Assembly (NCBI GenBank): GCA_964016885.1
Contig: OZ024740.1
Location: forward strand, 320,292,001 to 320,356,000
DNA length: 64,000 nt
Source of the DNA: Eledone cirrhosa
Lineage: Eukaryota
Reading direction: 5' to 3'
Shown: positions 13,859 through 25,692 of the stretch, piece by piece
How positions within the stretch are numbered: the stretch's first letter is position 1
Layout of the letters: each line of letters starts with the position of its first letter
Position numbers and translations under genes: made by a program
Notes under the pieces: model-generated
Seen by the model: only the letters and a program-made list of their open reading frames with translations
What the model was told of the DNA's origin: nothing
Database searches by the model: none

Positions 13859-14628
13859 TCTTATGCCAGGAAGCGTCTTCACGAACCAAAGTATCGTCTT
13901 CCTGTTTTCCTTCGGTTGCAACGTTTTTCGAAATATTTACATCTGCGTTCACAGATTGATTTTTTTAGTTTCATAAGATCCCGTTAAGGTTGAAAGCAGC
14001 GATTCTTTGCTTAAACATTAATATATTATTTTAATATAGATATTCGTGTACAGATATTTTTGCATACACAAAAACAAAATATAAACAAACAAGGCTGGCG
14101 ATTACATAATCACATGTATCACTGACAGATAGTTTTGCATACACAAAAACAAAATATAAACAAACAAGGCCAACGATTAAATCAGTTAGTCTTAGTGTAC
14201 TTGATACTGCTTTTAGGTAGAAGATTCTGTTAAGGGTGAAAGCAGCGATTCATTTTCTGCGTTCACAGATTGATTTTTTTAGTTTCAGAAGATCCCGTTA
14301 AGGGTGAAAGCAGTGATTCTTTACTTAAACTTTAATCTGTTATTTTAATATATATTAACCCGCCGAGGTTAACTTTGCCTTTCATCCTTACGGGGTCGAT
14401 AAAATAAAGTACCAGTAATGCACTGGTTAATTGCTGGCCTTGTGCCAAAAAAGTAGAAACAATATATATATATATTTAATTATATATTCGTGTACAGATA
14501 TTTTTGCATACACAATAACAAAATATAAACAAACGTATTTATTTCAGGAGGCTCGATAAGGATAAATATATATCAAATATATAAGAACCCTAGAGCAAAT
14601 CCCGAGCAACACCGGGCCATTCTGCTAG
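13500..14628 (+). mobile_element. Non-autonomous Helitron, unit 2 (head-to-tail with unit 1)
   Basis: Same termini as unit 1 and high similarity to it. Longer owing to a SINE insertion, a microsatellite and internal duplications. Confidence 0.8.
14357..14462 (+). mobile_element. 5'-truncated SINE S1 inside Helitron unit 2
   Basis: Core and 3' end of S1; absent from unit 1. Confidence 0.85.
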
Positions 14629-14964
14629 TCATATATATTTTCTATTTTGTTAGCTCGCATATTGTGAACAGTAGCGTCGTTGGTTCCCGATCTTCAGGTA
14701 TTTCTGATAATGAGAATAACAAGAGATTATGTGGGGAAACTCGGGCGGAACAAATAGCACAAACTATCACTTTTATCCAAAAGTCCCACATTTTCGATTT
14801 CCTCGTCGATGTGTATGTGTGTGATTCAGTGAATTACTGGTGGTAGTACTAATATGAGCACTCGATACACAGACAGAGTGTATATATTAACAGGTCGATA
14901 CATAATAAAAACCTTAATGCATGTAACAAAACTTCAACTTTTCCTTTATATATATATATATATA

Positions 14965-15123
14965 AATACAAGGAAGAATGGTTACTCCTTCATTAGGTTT
15001 ATTGGTTGATGACGCGCGTTTCGCTACTGATCAGCTCAAGGTTCTATCTGTATCGATCTGGCCCGACTCTGGAATCAAAAGCTCATCGGACGCAATGAAG
15101 GAGTAACCATTCGTCCTTGTATT
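14965..15123 (-). ncRNA. Hammerhead-like motif (CCGAUGA core variant) inside a ~30 bp inverted repeat
   Basis: Minus strand: CCGATGA-gcttttgat...atcagtagc-GAAAC-gcgc-GTC. Arms aatacaaggaagaatggttactccttcatt / aatgaaggagtaaccattcgtccttgtatt. Confidence 0.5.
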
Positions 15124-15227
15124 ATTATACTACACTCTGGCTAACTCTACACCTCGATACAGACGTGAACCTAAACATCGAGTGCTCAGCCGCGTGAACC
15201 TATAGTAACTCCGCGGTATACTCCCTG

Positions 15228-15290
<63 letters not shown>

Positions 15291-15729
15291 TTTTGCCGAA
15301 AAAAGAAGTAAGTGACATAGTCACTACTTTAAAAATTATAGCGCAAGGTCTTCAAAATGTTTTTAATTAAACATACGGTATATTGCCAAATATACTATAC
15401 ATACATTCATGTATACATCGCTATTTCAGAGCACCAATCCTAATACCTATTTTTTGGCTGGACCGGCAATCGCTCTGTATAATCAGTTCCTGATTATTAC
15501 TGGAATTCTATAAGAATCCAGCCTCTATAATTTTCAGCAAAGGCGGGGAGTATGTTGCTCTGAGGATCGCCAACAGCATGAAACAGACTCTGTTAGCTTC
15601 TCTCTCTTCTTTTGCCGAAAAAAGAAGTAAGTAACATAGTCACTTCTTTAAAAATGATAGTGCAAGGTCTTCAAAATGTTTTTAATTAAACATACGGTAT
15701 ATTGCCAAATATACTATACATACATTCAT
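15291..15729 (+). repeat. Repeat family H1, ~319 bp unit in partial tandem between (TA)n runs (pLTR/retrozyme-like)
   Basis: 15291-15410 is repeated at 15610-15729. Other copies at 7884-8068 (-), 50308-50455 (-) and 50461-50757 (+). Confidence 0.75.
15557..15597 (+). ncRNA. Type I hammerhead motif, C3-G8 core (family H1)
   Basis: gct-CTGAGGA-tcgc caaca gcat-GAAAC-agactct-GTT-agc; stem II imperfect. Confidence 0.55.
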
Positions 15730-15856
15730 ATATATATATATATATATATATTTCCTCAGTGAAATAACAACCCAACCAGGAACTGGGCATATCAGAGTAT
15801 TGACAAAATCATACACCTCAACAACATATATACTTGTCTATACCAAACTAATTCGG

Positions 15857-15911
15857 ACTGCCTGAAGAGGTCACAGCCAAAGATGGCTGTCACTGAAATA
15901 CATATAGCAGT
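15857..15911 (+). ncRNA. Type I hammerhead ribozyme motif
   Basis: actgc-CTGAAGA-ggtcacagcc aaagat ggctgtcact-GAAAT-acat-ATA-gcagt, followed by aataaa. Confidence 0.7.
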
Positions 15912-16054
15912 AATAAACGAAGCTAACTTTTAAACATTTGACTTTTTATTTAACTTTATTTTACATTACTCCGGAGTAACCAAACCAACCTGCGCACTTC
16001 GTCGAGTGCTCCAGCCTGCATACTGAAGTGTTGGTATACAATCAACATATACTC

Positions 16055-16213
<159 letters not shown>

Positions 16214-17270
16214 ATAATAATAATAAATTTGAAGACTAAAATCCAAAGAGGGCTCGATAAGGACAAATATATATCAGATATATAAGAACCGTAGAGCAAA
16301 TATTTATTAAAATAACAGATTAAAGTTTAAGCAAAGAATCGGTGCTTTCACCCTTAACGGGATCTTCTGAAACTAAAAAAGTCAATCTGTGAAAGCAGAG
16401 GTAAATATTTCAAAAATGTTGCAACCGAAGGAAGACAGGAAGACGATACTTTGGTTCGTGGAAACGTTCCCTGGCAAAGAACGAAAAAAAACGAAGATAA
16501 TACGTCATTATTTGGAGCGGTGAAAACAATTACGCAAAGAAAAAACTACGTTTATGGGATAAATGAAGTCGTAGACTAATATTCTATTAGGTCATCCACA
16601 CATGTCTGTCTACTAACCTTGTAATTATAAGTATTTATATATTTTATGCCAATTTTAAAATATATTACATTATGATATAGATCCTTATTACTTACCGTTT
16701 ATTATATATAACATTATGATATTTAAACTTTATATATCATGTAAGATGTCTGGATTTTTTAATATTTTAATATTGTAATATGTAACATTATGATATTTAG
16801 ACTTTACATATCATGTTAGATGTCTGTATATTTTTTTCTGTAACATCATATTTTTTCTGTAACATCATAATTGTTCCCTGTACCATTATAGATTTTTTGA
16901 GTATTATATTATATGATTTATATTTCCTCATTTATTATGTAACCCAGTATGAATCATTTTGTACATATTGTTTATGGTAATTGTTAATATAATGTTAACA
17001 TTTTATCATTGTATTTCATTGAGACATCTATATTGTTTCTGTAAATTAACCGGGGATTATCTATTCTACTTTATTATATTGTATTGAATTATATAATTTT
17101 GTTGTTTTTTATTTGTTATAAGTGTTTCTTGTAATTATATCATATTATTGCCTCATGTATATTGGGTAGATGTATTAGTATTATTTTCACTATTACCATG
17201 CTTATTTTTAATATTCAAACTTCTAATAGGGCTTAATTTCTGTGTAATAGAACATAGATATGTGTATTGT

Positions 17271-17317
<47 letters not shown>

Positions 17318-17653
17318 ACATATATACATGTATATATTGTACCTTTTGATTTTTAATTTGGAATTTTAATGTTGGTATAAATATATTATTATTATAATGT
17401 ATTATATTGTGTTATATATAATTCCTGCTCTATATAACCAAATTTGTTTAGATTTAGGTTGGTGGCTTTGGACTATATTTGTAATATGGTTCTTAATGTT
17501 ATCTACATCCTTAGTTATTATAATTTTATTATTTTTATCTTTATTTTCATTTTTATTATCGTATATCTTTGCAAGACATTAGTGTATGTACACTCCATAT
17601 TCTTCAGAGTTTCTGGCTTGTATCTGCCGATATTACCTCTTGTTGTTTTGATT

Positions 17654-17691
17654 GCCCTGATGAGTCCTTAATAGGACGAAACATTGTCGGC
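17654..17691 (+). ncRNA. Minimal type I hammerhead ribozyme, canonical core
   Basis: gcc-CTGATGA-gtcct taat aggac-GAAAC-att-GTC-ggc, followed by aataaa. Confidence 0.85.
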
Positions 17692-17871
17692 TAATAAAAA
17701 CTTTTGATGTATTAAAGGATTCTTTGTTTTACTCTCTTAATATATATATATGTATGTATGTATATATCTAAGGCGGGTAAAATTCCCGAGATCCATGGAC
17801 GAGTTCCCTCCAGCGGTCTCTGTCCCTCATTATCGCTGCCATGTCCTGCGTCTCCAACAGACCAGGTTAAC

Positions 17872-18231
<360 letters not shown>

Positions 18232-18351
18232 TTCTACCTGGAGTTGCGACCGATAGATAGTATTAGCAATTGGAAAGACCAACGGAAACATTGTTCCCTC
18301 GGTCCGATTTGACGAAAGTCGATCGTTTTTTTTTTTAAATATATATATATA

Positions 18352-18841
18352 TATGATGGCTGCAAACTCTGCTAAGAGTATTGCAATCGCTTGTCAGATT
18401 CAGATGAACCCTGCTAGAGACTTGCACTCCTTCGCATATTGACGACAACTATGGATCTCCCTGGCCTCATGTCTTGCTTGAGGTTGCCTGTGAACCTTCA
18501 CAATACCGTGGAGATCATAGTTCACAGGTTCTCTTTGAATATAGCTGCGACTGTGGCTCTTGAGACCAGATTTACGCAAGCAAGTCTTTCCACACTCAAG
18601 GCACACCAATTCAATGGAGACACCGATCGTTTCGAGAGATACACTAGGATATTGCTTATGCACATCCCGTTTGATCTTCTCGCGCTCTATGCATCTGTCC
18701 TCAAACTTATGGACCCCATCATTCACCATTACACGCCAAGTTTCTCTTTCAAGAGCTTCTATCTCCCAGTCAGCCACCATCGAACCAGTTTCTTTCAATG
18801 AGTCCTTTACACAATCTTTGAGTCTTCAAGGATTGTCAACA

Positions 18842-18842
<1 letters not shown>
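18352..18842 (-). mobile_element. 3' fragment of a related RTE LINE with zinc-finger remnants
   Basis: ORF 18400-18798 contains WE..ALERETWR, CLECGKTCLRKSGLKSH and ECKSLAG. Tail motif atactc...gagtttgcagccatcat. Confidence 0.8.
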
Positions 18843-18882
<40 letters not shown>

Positions 18883-19208
18883 CTGTCAAAACGGCCGGAG
18901 GTCAGCCATCGGAATCCTTACTCTTTTCCCTATTACCCACTCTACAACCCAGTATCGAGCACTTTGGTGCGTTATGGTTACTTACCACACTTCCTTCGTT
19001 ATATATATTTGAAGGAATTTGCTCCGAAATCATTAGACGTGTCCGTCGAACCTGCAAATCCAGAATCAGACAGATCCACACAATGATCGTGTCTCGAGCT
19101 GTCCGCCGGCGAAACAATTGTAACAATAAATTGAGTTCAGATGCATCACTGATTTTTCGTTTTATATTACACATATATATATATGCATACATATACACAC
19201 ACACACAC

Positions 19209-19381
<173 letters not shown>

Positions 19382-19499
19382 CAGGTATATGTATATTGAA
19401 CATGGATCTGTGTCTCTAACGGAAATGTATAGAATAATCACACTATAAAATGTACGCTTCTCTTAGTCGGTCTGGAATAAGAGATGGGGTGGTGTGGGG

Positions 19500-20975
19500 T
19501 GGGGGATCATTCTGCATCCAAAAAGTGAGTCGGTGTCCTTGGACGTGAACAACAGCGAACATGATGTCTTCAGACAGGTGGCCGTCAATACCCCGTCAGC
19601 GTCAAACCAGTCGGATTTATTCAAGCTTCTGGAAGTTGTTCTTGGAACGTCACACTCTTTATTAGTAGCAGGGGACTGGAACGGCATCTTGGACTCACAA
19701 AGGCTTTCTGTGGAACTAATCGATAGAAGAAGAAGGGGCAAAATCAAATCAAATGTTTCCAAATGTCTGACAGATACCGAGTAAATTTCTCGAGTATGGA
19801 CATGGAGCAATCGCATATGGTCATCTAGAACAAATCTAGATTTTTAAAATTATGTTTGGGGAAAAAGATAGCATAGGGTGTCCACAATTACAAACGGTCA
19901 CCTACTCAGACCACAAATTTGAGATCTAGATAAAACACATTAACAAGGTTACTGGTAGATAAAGGCGTCGCTCTCGTCACGCAAATAAAAAAAAACCTAT
20001 TCGCATATTAGTTAAACGCCAGTTGACAGGGACAATTGTTAACGATCGGTGGTGCCTTCTCAAGAGCGTGATTTGATAATAAAAAGTGGTAGAAAAAAAT
20101 AGAATAGACGAGAAGTCAGAAGTTAAACAAGAAAAGGTGATTAGGAGTGACATTGCAAACGACAAGATGACTGCAAGAATGACCCTGGATCATTTCTTCC
20201 ACAGGAAACATGGGGACTTTATTATCAGAACTAAAACATGTGTTCTAAGAAATGAGTGAACGAAAACCGTGTGATGGGCCCGGAGGCGTAGTGTGGCGAC
20301 AAACCACATTTTGGTCTTTGACGGACTAGGATGGGTGCGTACTACTCGATTCCATGTAGATGTGTGCAGCCTTGAACGGCACATTGTACAATTGTTCGAA
20401 GTGAATCGAGGGACGGAGGCGGTAGTTATACTGTAGTTCCCTGGACGGCGTGCTGCGACTATAAGATGTGAACTTCTCTGAAATGCTAATAACAGCAGCT
20501 GAAATACGGATTAATGTGAATGGTTGTATGATGCGCAGATCATCTGTTTGCGTGGTGGACGACCTTAAACGTAGATATGCCAAACTGTTTCCTCGATGTT
20601 CTGGCTGCCGTTTACTGCAATTGGCAGCAGAACGAGAGAATTCTCGGTGCTGTGAGCCGAGGAGTGGTGCGTGCTGAGGAGGAAGGACGGAAATATGTGA
20701 TACCTCATAGAAAGGATATGGAGTAAACCTGGCTTTGGTGAAGCTCTAATCAATTTGGATTAATCAAAAACTTTCCATTGGATCGACCATCAAAACTTCG
20801 ATACTCTCCTCAAGGCAGTTGATTTTATTCCTATCTTCAGAGGCTGGATAGCTTGGTGACCATGGTAAATGGCCACCAATCGGAATGGTTTCCAATTACG
20901 TACTCGATCGGTCAAGAGTGCCTTTTCTCCTCCCTTCCGTATGTGCCGGCTCTCGAACCAGTTTTGGAAAAGCTT
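19500..20975 (+). mobile_element. Old degraded Tx1-like ORF2 (APE to RT)
   Basis: LGTSHSLLVAGDWNGILD, WTWSNRI, DHKF, ALINLD*SK and FRGWIA are colinear with the intact ORF2, with many stops. Confidence 0.8.
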
Positions 20976-21337
20976 GACTATAATTAGTTAGAGACAAATT
21001 TTTCTTCGTCTTGTCTAAATATTAAAATTTTTCAAAGAATTTATTTCAGTTCTTCTTCAACTTTCCTTTTTTGTACCCCTCTCCCCTCTCTCTCTGTTAC
21101 TTCCTCTTATTTTGTTATTTAATGAAAATGAAAACAATGGACGTCGTTTATTTTAAAAAAAAATTAAATAAATACATGATATTTTATGTTCCCAGATTCA
21201 ATGTAACCAGTGGAAAATTTAAGGGTTTGTAGTTGTTACTTTGATATTTAACTTTCTCTTTATATTCCTATATTTTATATGATTGTATATGAATGTTCAG
21301 AATTCACAATTTATCATAAACTAATGATAGAAATTCC

Positions 21338-21950
21338 CGTGTTTATCCTATTATAAGACCTACAACAAAAATAAGCCCTAGCCTGAATTTTATGTTGCTG
21401 TCCTGAATTTTATGTTACTTCGAAAGGGCTAGATTTCAAAAGGCTATAGCTGAGTAGACAGGAAAGAACTTTGACACAACCCAATCACTCGTCCATGAAC
21501 GTCAGAGGCAGTTGGTACAGTATTCAACACTGCAGTGTCTCAACAACCCCGAAAAGGGTTAAGGGACCATGATGATGATGATATAATTATGCGGTAGCCT
21601 GTAAAATACATGTCTGAATATAAAGTTTTACTCTTTTTTTATAACTTTTATAAATGTTTATAAAATATTTACATATTGGGCATTTGTAGAAATTGTAAAT
21701 AAGATTGGATGATTTTTTTTCATATACCCTGTATAATAAATTCTTTTAATAATATTGATTTTAACTCTATAATATGTATCCTATTTTGAACATTAATATA
21801 ACGATACTTTTACAGAAATTCTTGTGCTGTTATTTTTGTGTAAAAATATAAGCCCTACCTCGAAAATAAGTCCCATTGTTTTTTTTTTGTTTTGTTTTTT
21901 TTTAAGGAAAAATAGTATAAGACCTGCCTTATAATACCGGTAACCCGGTA
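21338..21950. mobile_element. Putative pogo/Tigger-like MITE
   Basis: Imperfect TIRs ccgtgtttatcctattataagac / gccttataataccggtaacccgg-ta, with subterminal ataagcccta/ataagacct repeats at both ends. Confidence 0.45.
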
Positions 21951-22251
21951 TATCTCTACAACCAATGTTATTCATGCAAATCTATGAAGCTACAGGAGTA
22001 ATCTCCCTGTAATCATGTTTATTTGTTTTGTTTTTTAATTTATTATTTGTTTGTTTATTTATTTATAATCCTTTCATCTATTAAGGTTGGATTTATAGTG
22101 TGTAAACAACAGAATACAGACAATTTAAGTGTGAGTTAATGTAACTTTAGCTAACAGCTATTCATTGTTTTTATGGCAGTGGATTTAATGAAATTGTTTG
22201 TCGTCAGCTGATATGATATATTTATTATCCATAATTAAAAGTGTAGCAGAA

Positions 22252-22558
22252 CAACGGTCGGTTAGCAGAGTCGTTAGAGCGTCGGACAACATTTTCTGCG
22301 GTATTTAGTAACAACTTTGTACGTTCTGAGTTCAAATCTGAGGCATCGATAAATGAAAGTACCAGTTAAGTACTAGGGTCGATATAATTGACTTTCACCT
22401 TCCTCCAAATTAATGGCTTTGTATCAATGTTAGAAAGTATTAAGTAAAAGTGTAAGAGAGGGCGATGTGCTGGCTGAGTCGTTAGAACGTCGGACTAATG
22501 TTTAGTAATATTTGTCCTGGTTCTTTACATTCTGAGTTCAAATCCCGCCGATGTCAAC
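22252..22558 (+). mobile_element. Two divergent S1-related SINE copies (22252-22441 and 22458-22558)
   Basis: gcagagtcgttagagcgtcggac heads, ttctgagttcaaatc B boxes, partial core. Confidence 0.65.
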
Positions 22559-22585
22559 ATAAGAAGAGAATAACAAAATATATCT

Positions 22586-23463
22586 ATTATGGGAGGCGAC
22601 TAAAGTGCATTTTGACTGTTGAAATAAGTTGTTTCCCTTAAAATATTTTTCTGGTTACTGTGTCCTCTTTTTTTCTTTTTTTATAAAATAATTGTTTCTA
22701 CTTTTGGCACATTACTGGTACTTCATTTTATCGACCCCGTAAGGATGAAAGGCAAAGTTAACCTCCGCGGGATTTGAACTCAGTCCGTAAAGGGACGTAA
22801 CTCTATCAGCACATAATACCAAGTCATATTCCGAACAGGAAGCACGTTGACATAAAAATATATTAAAAAACAACAACAATATATACAGAGATGGGAAAAA
22901 TCTTGAATGATAAGGTATTAGTTTATTTAACTACATTTTCATTTAAATTATATTATAAACTGCAGAAAGAAACTGTATTTGTATTTGAACAATTACCATA
23001 TACATTGATTTAATAACTGAAGTTGCCTCCCTTAGTTTGATGCTCTCCATTCAATAGACATTTCATCTATGCTTTTCGTATATATTGAAATTGTTTCTCC
23101 ACGATTTATCGCTACTGTAATATTACTGTCCACTTTTTTTTTCTTTTTCTTTTCACTGCGATTGATGTAAATAAGTATCAGTGATATGATCAACTTGAAT
23201 CAATATTTTTATGTTTCTATTCCAATATCCCCTTTTCCAAAGATAGATTTACAAGAAGTTCTAATATTAGAAAATATTTAAAGCTATACAGATACGACTG
23301 AGTTGTGACAACATGCTTCCTGTTCGGAATAAGACGTTGGTGTTATATTTTATTATATATAAAAAAAAGAATAAAACGAAAAGGAAATATCCAGATGAAC
23401 AATTTCAGGGGACACAACTTCCTTCAACAATATAAATGTACTTTAGAGTCGCCTCCCATAACA
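22586..23463. mobile_element. Long-TIR non-autonomous DNA element; left TIR interrupted by a SINE
   Basis: 22586-22638 is the inverse of 23407-23463, and 22813-22852 is the inverse of 23304-23346. The arms are colinear once the SINE is removed. Confidence 0.65.
22688..22806 (-). mobile_element. Truncated SINE S1
   Basis: Reverse complement of the S1 core and tail. Confidence 0.85.
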
Positions 23464-23599
23464 GATATTAGTTCTTAAGATTTAAATTCTTAAGAACAAA
23501 ATATTTTTTCCATTCGACTTTAGGTTCTGCCATAAAAAGAAAATCAACTTTGCCTTTCATCCATTCGGTGGTTGATAAAAAAAAGTATCAGTCAAGTAC

Positions 23600-25692
23600 T
23601 GGGAACGGCTTTCGTTCCCTCGTGTCTCTGAGCACGCCCTCTATCTCTGACAACGAGGACGTCGGGTGCAATGCCTGTCCTAAACGCCTCTTCTAGCTTT
23701 CTAACTAGCTCTCCCTCTACTCTATTTTCCTCTATCACCACTCCTTTCCTAAACCTTATAGATTCTACTCTAATAGCCCTTTTCAGGATAAACCACCACC
23801 TGTTGTTGACGATCGAACCTATCAACGCACGCTTAACTAATTTACTAATCCGGCCTCTGTAAGCTTTGCACGCTAGGAACGACGCGTTCAGCTTCCAGTA
23901 ACGGGGCCCTTGCCTATGGAGTCTATCTAAGTCAACTTCACAGGTCACAAATTTGTGGTACGTGTAGTCGACTACATTAAATTGTGGATAACCTACATTA
24001 GCCTTATCTGTTTCCCTACAGAATACCTATGTAGATACGATCTGGATGACCCGATACGGTTTGTCCATGTCCACATTGGTACATTCGGATAATCCAGTTG
24101 ATACCTGTCAGACAGTTCAAAACGTCTGAGCAGGTTGGTGAGGTTTTTACATCCTCCTCCCCTATCTACTAGCCCCACATACTATCAGCGCGCATCTAAG
24201 ATACCGTTCCAGTCGTCCACTAACGCTAAAGAGCGGAACGTTCCAAGAAAGTTCTCTAGACGTCTGAAGAAATCTGGCCATCCTGTCCCTGTTGGGGTGT
24301 AGATGGCTACTAGCCTGAAAGCTTTGCCTTCGCTGCCGGTTACGTCCACCACCACCGACTTACCTTCTGGGTCAAGGAAGATGACCCGTATGGCGAGATC
24401 CAAGCCTCTCTGAAAAAGCACAGCGACTCGGCACCCCCCCCACCCCCCACGCTCACGGTTGGCTGGGAGATGCGTATGCATCGTAGCCACCGAAGATCGG
24501 TGCGAAGGATCACGCTTCGAAAATTCTGGTCTCGGTGATGGCCACTACATCTATGTTTAGTGACCTGAGGTCGTTAAGCAGGCGACCCTGCTTCCAAGAT
24601 AACCCCAGGCCCTGCCTATTCTAAGTAAGCCATGTTAGGTGAGGAACGGGGTAAGTGAGAAAGGATCACTTAGCTTAATCGTGTGGGAAAGGGACAGTCG
24701 AACCGTCCCTTAGGCTGGTCATGGGTGTCTCCAAGATAAATTTCGTGTATATGCTCTTGGTAAGCGACCCTCTGATGTCCTCAACTGCGTTAGGGAAATT
24801 TTCTTTTAAATGTTTATAATGTTTTAGTTTAATCTCGACAATGTTTGTTTTTTTGGTAATATTCTTGGTGTTGGTGGGGTGTAGTAATTTTTGCTTTATA
24901 TGTTCCATGAGTTCTTTATTTGCAATGTTTATGGCTGTGAAATTCTTTTTTTTTTTTGTGGGTGCGGGGAGTTGCTGTTGTTGGGTGTGTGTGCCTTGTA
25001 TTTGCGATGTTGGTGTTTGTGGTCATGCTGGTGGTGGTGTGGTTGTTGTTGTTGGTGATGCTTATGGTGGTGATGGTGATGGTGGTGGTGGTGTTGCTGC
25101 AAGTCGCCTTGCAGCCTTTACCCCTCTTTCTTTGCTTTCGCTTTTGGAGGGTGAAGCTAAGGGGTTTTTCCTTTTTTTGTGGCAGACATTTTACCACTCC
25201 ACTTCCGCTTCACACTCGGATTCCGTAGGGTCTTGGAGGAGTATGAGTTCCACGGCTGTTGGTGGAGGTATTGGAGCCCGCTCCAGCGATTTTGCCGCCG
25301 GTGTAGCTACTGCGACTGTTGGTGTTTCCGCCATTGCTACCACTGTTTTAGTTGTCTTTGGCCTTGGTATGGGTGCCACGGACGTTGCCCTCCTACTCAC
25401 CGCGGAAGGGCCTGACGCCTCTGTTGCCTGTCCTGCTCCTGGTAGCAGCGGACCAGGCGTCAGAAGGAGGGGCGCCTTCCTTCCATGCCTATGGGGGAGT
25501 TGAACTCCATCTTCGATGTCTATGACGTCCGGAATAGCCTCGATACACTCCTAGTCAGTTTCGATTAGCATTTGCATTCCAATACCTGACAAGTTCTTCC
25601 TCCCTATCCTCTACACTTGCAGCGTGGTCGTCCTGTCCTCGACTCCGGCGAGGACAGGCGCTGCCAGCCAAGGTATTGCACGTCGGGCGGAA
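23600..25692 (-). mobile_element. Tx1 segment E5c: ORF1 C-terminal half plus APE region, degenerate
   Basis: IPWLAAPVLAG, DPTESECEAEVEW, RDGSTVPFPHD, AFRLVAIY and YWKLNASF are colinear with the intact copy; many lesions. Confidence 0.85.
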
